Of a stretch of 64,000 bases of DNA, positions 21,354 through 31,364 are shown piece by piece. The number at the start of each line of letters is the position of its first letter. Position 1 is the first letter of the stretch. The notes beneath the pieces are model-generated. The model saw only the letters and a program-made list of their open reading frames with translations, made no database searches and had not been told where the DNA came from. A program made the position numbers and the translations under genes. The DNA comes from an uncultured delta proteobacterium (GTDB lineage: Bacteria; Myxococcota_A; Polyangia; Fen-1088): assembly GCA_963796685.1 (NCBI GenBank), contig CAWCMR010000025.1, positions 1,408,001-1,472,000 on the forward strand, written 5' to 3'.

Positions 21354-21589
21354 TTTTCACCACAGAGGCACGGAGAGCACAGAGGGCTGACCTGAAACAC
21401 CTCGCCCCGCGTAGCGGGGAGAGGTCGCCGAGCGCAGCGAGGCGGGTGAGGGGCTGTCACGTTTCATGCCTGAAGGATCTGGGCCATCGGCCCGGCGGCG
21501 GTACCGGGAAGAAGAAAGGGCTCGGATTTAGGATCCGGAAAACCCTATACCTTCCGATCTCAGTGCCCGCTGGGTCTCTGTGGTGAAAA
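21354..21589. repeat. R2 inverted-repeat element with a nested REP-like hairpin
   Basis: Perfect 14-bp IR TTTTCACCACAGAG / CTCTGTGGTGAAAA; internal ACCTCGCCCCGCGTAGCGGGGAGAGGT...GGGTGAGGGG at about 21399-21453. Confidence 0.8.
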
Positions 21590-21648
21590 ACACGAGACAA
21601 GCGCCGGTTTTTGGCGCTTCTCCATCGCCAAGACTAGGATCAGCGGAG

Positions 21649-22602
21649 ATGGAGCCTCTCGCCCTTCTTTTTCGCCAGCACCTCGAAAGCGAGAAGCGCG
21701 CGTCGCCCAACACCGTGCGCGCCTACCTGGCCGACCTTGAAGAGTTGATGGCGCACGTTCATGACGGGCGCAGAGACGGGCCGGACGCTGCCCCGCTGGT
21801 GGCCAAGGATCTGGACACGTTGGCCTGCCGATCGTTCCTGGCCAGCCTGCACGGCAAGAACGATCCGGCCAGCGTGGGGCGCAAGCTCTCGTCGCTCAAG
21901 ACCTTCTTTCGTCTGCTGGTGCGGCGCAAGCTCCTCCCCGCGAGCCCGCTCGCCTCCTTGCGCGGTCCCAGGCGTGCCCATCATCTGCCCGCCTTCCTTG
22001 GCAAGGACGAGGCGGCGCGCTTGCTCGACGGCCGGAAGGCACCCCCCCACTCCACCTTCGAGGCCGCGCGCGACCAGGCCCTGTTCGAGGTGCTCTACGG
22101 CAGCGGCTTGCGTATCTCCGAGGCCTGCCACCTGGATTTGGGCGACGTGGTTTCCGACGGCGCTGGCGCGAAAATCACCGTGCGGGAGGGCAAGGGCGGC
22201 AAGGATCGCATCGTGCCCGCGGGCGGCAAGGCGCGGCAGGCCCTGGCGGACTACCTTCCCCTGCGCGCAAGCCTGCTCGGGCTGCTGGCGGGGCAGAGCA
22301 GGCCCGTCGATGCGCAGGCGCTGTTTCTCTCGCGCCGGGGCTTGCGCATGGGCGACCGCGAGGCCCGGCGCAAGCTCGACCGGCGCGAGCTCGAAAACGA
22401 GGTAAAACGCGTTTCCCCCCATGCCCTACGCCACAGCTTCGCGACCCACCTGCTCGGCGAGGGGGCGGATCTGCGCTCGATCCAGGAAATGCTCGGCCAT
22501 GCAAGCCTGCGCACCACGCAGCGCTATGCCCAGGTCGATATCGATCACTTGATGCGGGTTTATGACAAGGCTCACCCTCGCGCGACGCTGCGAACGCGGT
22601 AA
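21649..22602 (+). CDS. xerC: tyrosine recombinase XerC
   Basis: GLRISE, GKGGKDR, HALRHSFATHLL, LGHASLRTTQRY; conserved topA-xerC-hslVU context. Confidence 0.9.
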   Translation: MEPLALLFRQHLESEKRASPNTVRAYLADLEELMAHVHDGRRDGPDAAPLVAKDLDTLACRSFLASLHGKNDPASVGRKLSSLKTFFRLLVRRKLLPASPLASLRGPRRAHHLPAFLGKDEAARLLDGRKAPPHSTFEAARDQALFEVLYGSGLRISEACHLDLGDVVSDGAGAKITVREGKGGKDRIVPAGGKARQALADYLPLRASLLGLLAGQSRPVDAQALFLSRRGLRMGDREARRKLDRRELENEVKRVSPHALRHSFATHLLGEGADLRSIQEMLGHASLRTTQRYAQVDIDHLMRVYDKAHPRATLRTR

Positions 22603-22611
22603 GCTGCGTCC

Positions 22612-23151
22612 ATGTCATCTTCGAGAACCCGATCCACCACCGTCCTGGTCGTGCGCGCCGGCGGCAAGGTCGTCATGGCCGGCGATGGCCAGGTCACCAT
22701 GGGCCAGACGGTCGTTAAATCCACCGCGCGCAAGCTGCGCCGCCTGGGCGAGGGCAAGATCGTCGCGGGCTTCGCCGGTTCGGCGGCCGACGGGCTGACC
22801 CTGTTCGAGAAGTTCGAGGGCAAGCTCAAGGAAGCGAGCGGCAACCTCATGCGCGCGGCGGTCGAGCTGGCCAAGGACTGGCGAACCGATCGCGTCTTGC
22901 GTCGGCTGGAGGCGCTGTTGCTGGTGGCCGATCACGAGCACATCCTCATGCTGTCGGGAACCGGGGACATCATCGAGCCCGATACCGACGTGGCGGCCAT
23001 CGGCTCGGGCGGCAACTTTGCCCTGGCCGCGGCGCGGGCGCTGTTGGCGGAAACCAAGTTGTCGGCGCGCGAAATCGCCGAGCGCAGCTTGCGCATCGCC
23101 GCCGACATCTGCGTGTACACCAATACCAACTTCGTCTTCGAGGAGCTGTAA
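22612..23151 (+). CDS. hslV: ATP-dependent protease subunit HslV
   Basis: STTVL nucleophile, [30 protein letters not shown]. Confidence 0.96.
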   Translation: MSSSRTRSTTVLVVRAGGKVVMAGDGQVTMGQTVVKSTARKLRRLGEGKIVAGFAGSAADGLTLFEKFEGKLKEASGNLMRAAVELAKDWRTDRVLRRLEALLLVADHEHILMLSGTGDIIEPDTDVAAIGSGGNFALAAARALLAETKLSAREIAERSLRIAADICVYTNTNFVFEEL

Positions 23152-23155
23152 GACC

Positions 23156-24561
23156 ATGCCTGGTGCTTCGTCATGGAACCCCAAGCGCGCGCTGGCGCTC
23201 ACCCCTCGCGCCATCGTCGAGGAGCTGGATCGCTACATCGTGGGCCAGCGCGCGGCCAAGCGCGCCGTGGCGGTGGCCTTGCGCAATCGCTGGCGCCGGC
23301 AGCAGGTACCGGGCACCATGCGCGACGAGATCTCGCCCAAGAACATCATGCTCATCGGCCCCACCGGCGTGGGCAAGACCGAGATCGCGCGGCGCTTGGC
23401 CAAGCTGGCCCACGCGCCCTTCATCAAGGTCGAGGCCTCCAAGTTCACCGAGGTTGGCTACGTGGGGCGCGACGTGGATTCCATGGTGCGCGATCTGGCC
23501 GAGACCGCCGTGTCCATGCTGCGCGAGGAAGAGCGTGAACGCGCCAAGCCGCGCGCGCGCGAAAACGCCGAGGAGCGGCTTCTCGACGTTCTCCTGCCGC
23601 CCGCGCGCGCGCCGCGAACCGCGTCGGGCGCCATACCCCTGCCTGGCGCCGTCGCCTCGGCCGAGGCGGTGCCGCCCGTCGAGTCCACCACGCGCGAGAA
23701 CCTGCGCCGCCTGCTGCGCGACGGTAAGCTCGACGACAAGATGGTCGAGATCGACACCAGCGACGGGGGACAGTCCTTCGTCGATGTCTTTTCGGGCACC
23801 GGCATGGAAGAGATGGTGCTCAACTTGCAGAACATGTTTCCGCAAAACAAGCGCACCAAGCACCGCCGTCTCAGCGTGCCCGAGGCCCTGGATGCGCTCA
23901 CCGACGAGGAAGTCGGCAAGCTCATCGACATGGATCGGGTGACCAAGGAGGCGATTCATCGGGCCGAGCAAGATGGCATCATCTTCATCGACGAGCTGGA
24001 CAAGGTGGCCGGGCGCGAGTCCGGCGGTCACGGCCCCGACGTTTCGCGCGAGGGCGTGCAGCGCGATTCTTTTGCCCATCGTCGAGGGCTCGACGGTTTC
24101 GACCAAGTACGGCCCGCTCAAGACCGACCATGTGCTCTTCATCGCCGCAGGCGCTTTCCACGTGGCCAAGCCCAAGGATCTCATCCCCGAGCTGCAAGGA
24201 CGCTTCCCCATTCGCGTCGAGCTGGAATCGCTGACCGATGCCGACTTCGTGCGCATCCTGACCGAGCCGGAGAACGCGCTCGTCAAGCAATACACGGCCT
24301 TGCTGGCGACGGAGAAAGTCCATCTCGATTTCCAGCCCGATGCCGTGGCCGAGCTCGCGCGCTTCGCCGCCGATGTCAACGCGCGCATGGAGAACATCGG
24401 CGCGCGCAGGTTGCACACCATCATGGAAAGGCTGCTCGACGAGCTTCTCCTTCGAGGCCCCCGAGCTCGGCGAGCAGACCGTGCCCATCACGGCGACCTA
24501 CGTGCGTGATCGCCTGCAAGACCTGCTCAAGGACGAAGATCTGTCGCAGTACGTCTTGTAG
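23156..24561 (+). CDS. hslU: ATP-dependent protease ATPase HslU, with two apparent +1 frameshifts (about 24068 and 24447)
   Basis: [33 protein letters not shown] then LLPIVEG/ELQGRFP/NIGARRL in the next frame, then SFEAP...DLSQYVL in the third frame. Confidence 0.92.
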
Positions 24562-24569
24562 CCCGATCG

Positions 24570-24998
24570 CTACAGCGGGTTGCGCACCCTGAGGCCCTTG
24601 AAGCGCGAGAAGTCGCGATCCGCGCTCCACAGCTCCCTGACCCGATGGTCGAGGCAAAGCGCGGCGATCCGCGCATCATGAACCACCGGCCCGGCGATTC
24701 GTCCGGTCTGGCACAGCTTCTTCAGAGTCGATAAGTGTGCCGGCCCCTCGCCGAGCAGGTGCAGGCTTGGCGAAGCCGCCACCGCGTCGATGAAAGCGAA
24801 GGCCTGTTCCTGGGTGCTGGGGGGACGATAAAGCCTCGAGTGGGTGACCACGGCCAGAAACTCGTGAACGACCGGCCAGGGAATCGCCCACGGCGCCGTG
24901 CCTTCCGCCAACCCGGTCAGCGTTGCGAGAGCCGCCGCGTGGAAAGGGGCGTCCTCGCGGTGAGCGTAGACCAAGATCTGCGTATCGAGGGCAATCAT
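24570..24998 (-). CDS. vapC: VapC-family PIN domain toxin
   Basis: [30 protein letters not shown] acidic PIN residues. Confidence 0.9.
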   Translation of the reverse strand: MIALDTQILVYAHREDAPFHAAALATLTGLAEGTAPWAIPWPVVHEFLAVVTHSRLYRPPSTQEQAFAFIDAVAASPSLHLLGEGPAHLSTLKKLCQTGRIAGPVVHDARIAALCLDHRVRELWSADRDFSRFKGLRVRNPL

Positions 24999-25240
24999 GC
25001 GCCTCGGCCTCGATAGATCGCTTGACCGATGGTCGCCCACCCCCCGTCCTGAGCTTCGACGGCGAGCCCCTTTCCCTTCACGGTCACGGGCCGGAAGCGA
25101 AAGGGGGCCTGCCGCTCGTGGCGCTCCAAGCTGGCGTGCAGGCCTTCCTCGACCAGGGTGCGCAGGGTCAGTCCCCGCTCTCGGGCAAGCTTCTTGCTGC
25201 GCAGAAACAAGCTGTCAGCAATATCTATGGTTGTCTTCAT
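24995..25240 (-). CDS. vapB: VapB-family antitoxin (ribbon-helix-helix)
   Basis: MKTTIDIADSL...TLRTLVEEGL; 4-bp overlap (ATGA) with vapC. Confidence 0.85.
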   Translation of the reverse strand: MKTTIDIADSLFLRSKKLARERGLTLRTLVEEGLHASLERHERQAPFRFRPVTVKGKGLAVEAQDGGWATIGQAIYRGRGA

Positions 25241-25272
25241 ATGGGTTAGAATACAACCGGCGAGTCCGGTTG

Positions 25273-26436
25273 TCATGGTGCGCTCCGACCGCTGTCTTCT
25301 TCACCCACGGCGGCCAGCACCAGACGTGGGTCGATGCGCCGGCGAAAGCGCACGACGCGCGCGTCGGGCGGCAGGACATCCTCGCCACGGGTCTCGTCCA
25401 CGCACAGGACGAGGTTGTCGAGGCCCGCCTCGCGCAGGAGCGCGAGCTTGCGCGCAAGGTAGTCCGCCGACCAGAACCCGAGGATCTCGACGAAGAACCG
25501 GCGCTCGGGACGAAGCCGGTGGTAGAGCAAGAAATCGGGAAAGATGAGGGTGCGTCCCGCGGGCACCGGTTCGGGCTCGCGCACGAGATCCCAGTCGGGC
25601 GCAGCCCGCTTGAGATCGCGGGCGAAACGCTCTTCGAGCTTGCTGTCGTAGGCCTTGGGCTCCTCGGCCGGGAAGATGGGATCCCCGGATTGCACATCGA
25701 GGATGGCCTCCTGCCCGCGCAACACGCACTCGGCGCGCAGCTTGAAATGGGCGCAATGGGGAAGAAACTGAACGACTTCACCGAGCGCGCGGCCGTAGAG
25801 CAAGGTGTGGCGAAAGACCGTGAAGGGTCCCGACAGGTCGAGCACGGGCGGGGTGCCGTCGGTGACGGTGCAGATGAGACCGCGCAGCTTGGCCTGGCGG
25901 ACGAGAGGGCGGGCCGCGCCCTCGGCCTTGATGCGGACGCGCCGGGCATGGAAGAGCAGGCTGCGCACGATGAGTTGGTTCGTGCGCAGGGCGAGGTCGC
26001 CGAGCGAAGGAACCACGGTCGGGGCACACACCAGCTTCTCGCCGGGGAGATCGGCGAACAGGGTCCGCTCCAGCTCGGCGGGCTCCACGGCAAGCTCCTG
26101 CGCGGCGGCTTGCAAGGCAACGGCTCGATCGCTTCCGGCCTGCGCCGCTGCCATACGGAACAAGGTTTCGCGCGCCCTGTCCGGCGGCACCTTGGCGCAA
26201 AGCTCGCCCTTCCACAAGCGCAGCACCACGGCCACGGCGGCACGCAGCTTGAAAGGCGGCGTAGCGCAGGGCAAAGGCTGGCGCAGACGATCGCGCAGCT
26301 CGCGCACCGGCAGGGAGCAAAAGCGATCGACTTCTTCCACCAAGATGCGCAGCCATGGCAAATCCCGCGCGTCGAGGAATCCGGGCAGGACTTGACCGTC
26401 CACGATGCGAAACGGAATGGCGGGCTCAGGCAGCAA
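25273..26436 (-). CDS. DUF790 family protein (Bax1-like PD-(D/E)XK nuclease)
   Basis: LFADL, SGPFTVF...YGRAL, YDSKLEERF, REPEP, FPDF, VEILGFW motifs; TTG start with AAGGAG RBS overlapping the helicase stop. Confidence 0.85.
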   Translation of the reverse strand: MLPEPAIPFRIVDGQVLPGFLDARDLPWLRILVEEVDRFCSLPVRELRDRLRQPLPCATPPFKLRAAVAVVLRLWKGELCAKVPPDRARETLFRMAAAQAGSDRAVALQAAAQELAVEPAELERTLFADLPGEKLVCAPTVVPSLGDLALRTNQLIVRSLLFHARRVRIKAEGAARPLVRQAKLRGLICTVTDGTPPVLDLSGPFTVFRHTLLYGRALGEVVQFLPHCAHFKLRAECVLRGQEAILDVQSGDPIFPAEEPKAYDSKLEERFARDLKRAAPDWDLVREPEPVPAGRTLIFPDFLLYHRLRPERRFFVEILGFWSADYLARKLALLREAGLDNLVLCVDETRGEDVLPPDARVVRFRRRIDPRLVLAAVGEEDSGRSAP

Positions 26437-27802
26437 GGGCGCTCCTTCGTCTACGCGCCTGTTCGACCTCGGTCGTGCGCCGGACGACCAGCTCGTAGAC
26501 CAGGGCATGTTTGCCGGGTCGTGGCCGTAGCACGCGACCCACGCGCTGTACGTGCTCGCGCTCGCCTTTGTGGCCGGCCACGATGATGCCGACCTCGGCA
26601 TCGGGCACGTCGAGCCCCTCGTTGAGCACCTGGGCCGAAACCAGGGCGCGCAGCTTGCCATCCCTGAACAGGTCGAGCGCGCGCTCGCGCTCCTTGCGTT
26701 TGATATCGCAGGTGAACGGCATGACGAGGTGCTCGCGGCTGATGGCGTAGGCGGTGGGATTGTCGGCCACGAACACGATGGTGCGGGCGGTGCGATGGCG
26801 CGCCAGCAGGACGGCCAGCATGGCGCGTTTGGCCTGCGGGAAGGCGGTGATCCTACGCGCGCGGTGCCAAGCCGCGATGGCCCGGCGCCCCTCGTCGGTC
26901 CGAGCCGCGGTCTTGGCGAATTCATCCCACGTGGCGCCGGGGTGGAAGCGCCGGAACCTGTGCATGACATCGCGAAAGACCGCCATCAGGGATTCGTACT
27001 GGTCGCGCTCCCGCGCGGTGAGGTCCAGGTGCAGCACCACGGTGTCGAAGGGCGCGAGAAACTCGCCCGTGAGATCGTCGACGTGGAGCTCGTACGTGGT
27101 GGGGCCGACCAGCTCGTCGAGCCGCGCCGCTGCCTGGCCGCGTGGCTTGGTGGCGGTAAGGCCGAGGCGCAGCGGCGCCGTGCACATGTCCAGGGCCTCG
27201 TCGCGCGCGCCAGCGCCGAAGTGGTGGGCCTCGTCGACCACGAGCAGGCCGAAGCGATTGCCCAAGCGGTGCATGTGGCGCCAGGCGCTCTCGAACGTCG
27301 CCACGGTCACGTAGTCGACGCGATACTCGCCGTCGCCCAGCCGCCCGGGCTCGAAGCCGAGAAGCTCGCGCATGGCACGTGCCCACTGGTCGAGCAAGAC
27401 ACGCGTGGGCACGAGGCACAGCGCGGAAACCTGCACGCGCGCCATGGCGGCGATGGCCAAGCGGGTCTTGCCCGAGCCGGTCGGCAGGACTGCGGTGCCT
27501 CGATGACCGGCCAGCTCCCATGCCGCGAGAGCAGCTTCCTGATAGGGCCGCAGCTCGACAGCGGCCGGGCCCTGCCATGGTGTGGCCGGCAGGCAGACCA
27601 CCTCGTCCGTGAACCGGACGCCACGCTGGCGAAGCTCGGCCACCAGCGCTTGATGAAATCGCGCCGGGCACCGCAAGGCCGAGATGCGCGGATCCCACAG
27701 CGCGCCCGGCAAATTGGCAAGATCGCCCGGGCTCGCCGCCAGCGGGGTCGGGCCCTCCGGGCCCAGAAGAACGATGGTTCCGCGATCGAATACGAGACGC
27801 AT
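26426..27802 (-). CDS. SF2 helicase, XPB/Rad25/Ssl2-like
   Basis: LRPYQ, LPTGSGKT, DEAHH, LTAT, NEGLDVP, QRVGRVLR. Confidence 0.9.
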   Translation of the reverse strand: MRLVFDRGTIVLLGPEGPTPLAASPGDLANLPGALWDPRISALRCPARFHQALVAELRQRGVRFTDEVVCLPATPWQGPAAVELRPYQEAALAAWELAGHRGTAVLPTGSGKTRLAIAAMARVQVSALCLVPTRVLLDQWARAMRELLGFEPGRLGDGEYRVDYVTVATFESAWRHMHRLGNRFGLLVVDEAHHFGAGARDEALDMCTAPLRLGLTATKPRGQAAARLDELVGPTTYELHVDDLTGEFLAPFDTVVLHLDLTARERDQYESLMAVFRDVMHRFRRFHPGATWDEFAKTAARTDEGRRAIAAWHRARRITAFPQAKRAMLAVLLARHRTARTIVFVADNPTAYAISREHLVMPFTCDIKRKERERALDLFRDGKLRALVSAQVLNEGLDVPDAEVGIIVAGHKGEREHVQRVGRVLRPRPGKHALVYELVVRRTTEVEQARRRRSALAA

Positions 27803-27944
27803 GCCTCCTGCATTTGCAGACGACGTGCCACGCGTCGAGAAGCGCCGCGGGCTCGCCCAAATGGAAAGGACCCTCGGAGGGGCTGCCTCAGAGGGTCCTG
27901 ATTCGGCTATTCCGCGTCAAGCGGGCCGGGCTCGCTGCGACTTG

Positions 27945-28940
27945 CTATTTCTTGGGCGCAGGCCCGCGGCGCGGTGCCGTGGAGGATGGTCTCGGTTGCA
28001 CGGGTTGCGGCCCCGGCTTGCCGGCCGAGGGCGCGGCACCTGGCGCGCCGGGCGCAGGTCCGCGGTGTGGCTGGCCGGCACCTTGCGTGGGTTGTGGCTG
28101 GTTCATCTGCCCACTGCGCGGCGGGAATGCGCCACCCGACGGCGTCGAGCCGGGGGTAGGTTGCGGTCCGAACCCGGGCCGTCCGGGTTGCGGTCCGAAC
28201 CCGGGCCGTCCCGGCTGGGGAGCCGGTCCCGGCCCGCCCATCTGCCCGGGATGGTTCATGGGCTGCTGTGGCGGCATGGCTCCCGGATGTCCAGGACCCA
28301 TCATCGGGCCGGGGCGACCCATGGGCTGCGGTGCCGGGGCACCAGGGCGTCCCGGCGCCATTGGCCCCGGACGACCCGCGGGTTGCGGCGGCGGGGCAAA
28401 GCCATGACGGGGTTCGGGTGCGGGCACCGCGCGTCCGAAGCCGCCGTGTTGGGGCGGGGGCGCGGGACGGCGCCAATCCTCGCGCGGCGTCCGGTGCTCG
28501 TACGGCCGCACGTACTCGCGGTGTCCATAAGGATCGTTCCAATAGCCGCGCCGGTACTCCCAACGTCCGTTCACGATGACGTAGGTCGGTTCGATGTAGA
28601 CGTGTCCGGGCGGGGCGTACTCCCAATAGCCGGGCACCCAGTCCCACTGGTACCCGCCCCAGTTCCAGTAGCCCCGAACCCAGTAGTAGTTCGGACCTGG
28701 CGCCATCGGGATGTACTCCTGCTGGGGCGGCGGCGGGGCCCCGGGGACGAAGACCGTCGGTTGCTCGTCCACGACAACCGACGGCTCGGGCGGCGGTGGT
28801 GACGCGGGCTGGTAATAGACGGGCTGGGGTTCGGGCGGCGGCGGTCCGACGGGGACCGCGGTACGAACCATGCAGCCTGCCAGGGCCAGGGCCAAACCAG
28901 ATAGCGCAAGGGAAGGAAGCCAAGGTGCGGATCGGGTCAT
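27945..28940 (-). CDS. YXWGXW-repeat lipoprotein with Pro/Gly/Gln-rich tail
   Basis: Lipobox LAGC; YYWVRGYW, WVPGYW, YRRGYW repeats; 27-bp tandem (PQPGRPGFG x2) near 28160-28215. Confidence 0.8.
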   Translation of the reverse strand: MTRSAPWLPSLALSGLALALAGCMVRTAVPVGPPPPEPQPVYYQPASPPPPEPSVVVDEQPTVFVPGAPPPPQQEYIPMAPGPNYYWVRGYWNWGGYQWDWVPGYWEYAPPGHVYIEPTYVIVNGRWEYRRGYWNDPYGHREYVRPYEHRTPREDWRRPAPPPQHGGFGRAVPAPEPRHGFAPPPQPAGRPGPMAPGRPGAPAPQPMGRPGPMMGPGHPGAMPPQQPMNHPGQMGGPGPAPQPGRPGFGPQPGRPGFGPQPTPGSTPSGGAFPPRSGQMNQPQPTQGAGQPHRGPAPGAPGAAPSAGKPGPQPVQPRPSSTAPRRGPAPKK

Positions 28941-29013
28941 GTTTACCTCTCCGGAGATTGGACGTACCAGGCTAGACCCGTATTCGCCCAATCGCAATCG
29001 TTGAAGGGATCCG

Positions 29014-31329
29014 TCACGGGCGCGACAGAAAACGCGCGAGCACGGTCTTGGCGCCCACGCTGGCGAAGCGCACAGTCACCTTCAGATCCGCACCCGAGGA
29101 CTGCCAGGCTCGCACCTCCCCGATGCCGAACTGGGCGTGGCGAACCTTCACGCCCACGCGCAAACCGAGCTCGCCTTCGCCCGCGCCGCCCGGCGAGGCG
29201 CCTTCGTCGTAGTGGCGCGTGATCTCGCCGCGCGTGTCGGGCTTCGCGGCCGCAGGTCCGAATTGACCGCGGGGCTTGGCCGCGTCGCGGTTCCAGCGCC
29301 CCTGCCAAGGGCCGGCGCCCTCGGTGTTCTGCTCTTGATAGTTGCGCTGCGGGGTGACCACGTGCTCGATCCCGTCCGGCGGCAGGTCGCGCAGGAATCG
29401 GCTGGGGATACCGCCGAAGGTTTGCCCCGACAGCCGCCGCCAGCGCGCGCGACACAGGTGCAGGCGCTTGCGCGCACGCGTGACCGCGACGTAACACAGG
29501 CGTCGCTCTTCCTCCATGGCGCCGTCGTCGTCGATGCTGCGCTGGTGCGGGAACGTGCCCTCTTCCAGCCCGGTCACGAACACGACGTCGAACTCCAGGC
29601 CCTTGGCCGTGTGCACGGTCATGAGCGCGACCGCGCCCTTGTCGGGATCGTAGCCGTCGACGTCGGAGGCCAGGGTGATGCGTTCGAGGAAACCCGACAG
29701 CGTCGGCTCCTCGGTCTCGCGCTCGTACTCGCGCATCTGGCCGACGAGCTCGAGCAGGTTTTCCAGGCGGCCTTCCGATTCGATGCTGGTGTCGGCGGCG
29801 AGGAAATCGCGATAACCCGATTCCTCCAAGACCTTTTCCGCCAACTCGGCGGGCGGCAGCGCCAGCGACGCGCGCAACCTGCCCAGCAAGGCTTGGAATT
29901 CGCCCACCTTGCGCCGGGCAGCCTGACCCAAGAAAACCGGATCGTCCGCGGCGATGGCGATGGCCGCGCTCAGGCTGACCTTCTTGTCGTTGGTCAGGGC
30001 GATCAAGCGATCCACGGTGGTGTTGCCGATCCCGCGCGTGGGGGTGTTGATGATGCGCAGAAGCGCGATGGCATCCTCGGGATTTTGCAAGACGCGCAGG
30101 TAGGACAGCAGATCCTTGACCTCGGCGCGATCGTAGAATCGCGTGCCACCGACGATGACGTAGGGGATGTTGCGTACGCGCAGGGCTTCTTCGAGCACGC
30201 GCGACTGGGCGTGGGTGCGGTAGAACACGGCGAAGTCGCGGGGCGCGCAGTCCTTGGCCAGGTCGGCCTCGATGGTACCGGCCACGAATTCGGCTTCCTC
30301 GCGCTCGCTGTCGCCCTCGAACACGATGACGGGTGCGCCTGCCCCCTGTTCGGTGATCAGGCGCTTGGGCCGACGCTCCTTGTTGCGTGCGATCACCGCG
30401 TTTGCCGTGCGCAGGATGTTGCTGGTCGAGCGGTAGTTCTGCTCCAGCTTGATGACGCCCGCGCCGGGGTGATCGCTTTCGAAATCCAGGATGTTGCGAA
30501 TGTCGGCGCCGCGCCAGCGGTAGATCGACTGATCTTCGTCGCCCACCACGGTGATGCTGCCCGTGCGATGGGACAGGAAGCGCACGAAGCGGTACTGGAC
30601 GTTGTTGGTGTCCTGGAATTCGTCGACGAGCACGTGATCGAAGAGCTGGGCCAAGGCCGGAGCCGCGGGACAGTCCGCCTTGCACAGCTCGAGGGCCGAG
30701 AGAAGGAGGCCGCCGAAGTCGACGGCGCTGGCGGCGCTGAGGCGTTCTTCGTACAAGCGATAGGCTTTGCCCACCACCTCGTCGAAATAGTCGCCCGACG
30801 GGTACTGATCCGCACGCGTGCCCTGGTTCTTCGCACGGTCGATCATCGCGAGCACCTGGCGCACGGGGAAGGTCTTCTCGGGCACCTTCATGTCGGCGAG
30901 CACGCGCGCCATGAGCCGGCGCGAATCGTCGTCGTCGTAGATGACGAATTCCTTGCGGATGCCGATGGCCGTGCCGTAGAGGCGCAGGAGTCGCGCGGCG
31001 ATGCCGTGGAAGGTGCCAAGCCACATGCCGTGGGTGCCATGGCCGCCGAACAGGCGGTCGACGCGCTCCTTGAGCTCGCGCGCGGCCTTGTTGGTGAAGG
31101 TCACGGCCAGGATCCTGCGCGCATCGGCTCCCTCGCTGAGAAGGTGCGCCAGGCGATAGGTGATCACGCGCGTCTTGCCCGAGCCCGCGCCGGCGATCAC
31201 CAGCAAGGGTTGCGGCGGATAGAGCACCGCCTCGACCTGCGGTGGGTTCAGCTCGCGGCCGAGCGCGTGCGCAGAGAAGCGGCCAGCGGGTTCGCTCGCC
31301 GCGGTCGAAAACAAGTCCGCCGTGTCCAC
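29014..31329 (-). CDS. uvrD: UvrD/PcrA/Rep family SF1 DNA helicase
   Basis: AGAGSGKT, TFTNKAA, VDEFQD, GDEDQSIY, QNYRS, HTAKGLEF, YVAVTRA, C-terminal Tudor-like HAQFGIG. Confidence 0.93.
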   Translation of the reverse strand: MDTADLFSTAASEPAGRFSAHALGRELNPPQVEAVLYPPQPLLVIAGAGSGKTRVITYRLAHLLSEGADARRILAVTFTNKAARELKERVDRLFGGHGTHGMWLGTFHGIAARLLRLYGTAIGIRKEFVIYDDDDSRRLMARVLADMKVPEKTFPVRQVLAMIDRAKNQGTRADQYPSGDYFDEVVGKAYRLYEERLSAASAVDFGGLLLSALELCKADCPAAPALAQLFDHVLVDEFQDTNNVQYRFVRFLSHRTGSITVVGDEDQSIYRWRGADIRNILDFESDHPGAGVIKLEQNYRSTSNILRTANAVIARNKERRPKRLITEQGAGAPVIVFEGDSEREEAEFVAGTIEADLAKDCAPRDFAVFYRTHAQSRVLEEALRVRNIPYVIVGGTRFYDRAEVKDLLSYLRVLQNPEDAIALLRIINTPTRGIGNTTVDRLIALTNDKKVSLSAAIAIAADDPVFLGQAARRKVGEFQALLGRLRASLALPPAELAEKVLEESGYRDFLAADTSIESEGRLENLLELVGQMREYERETEEPTLSGFLERITLASDVDGYDPDKGAVALMTVHTAKGLEFDVVFVTGLEEGTFPHQRSIDDDGAMEEERRLCYVAVTRARKRLHLCRARWRRLSGQTFGGIPSRFLRDLPPDGIEHVVTPQRNYQEQNTEGAGPWQGRWNRDAAKPRGQFGPAAAKPDTRGEITRHYDEGASPGGAGEGELGLRVGVKVRHAQFGIGEVRAWQSSGADLKVTVRFASVGAKTVLARFLSRP

Positions 31330-31364
31330 GCGGACGTTATACAGACTGTGGCCGTGGCAGTCGA

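Noticed and set aside
21649-22602. Tyrosine recombinase as a prophage or integron integrase
   Set aside because: Sits in the conserved topA-xerC-hslVU context with no att sites, cassettes or phage genes
28160-28215. 27-bp tandem repeat
   Set aside because: In-frame PQPGRPGFG duplication in a low-complexity tail
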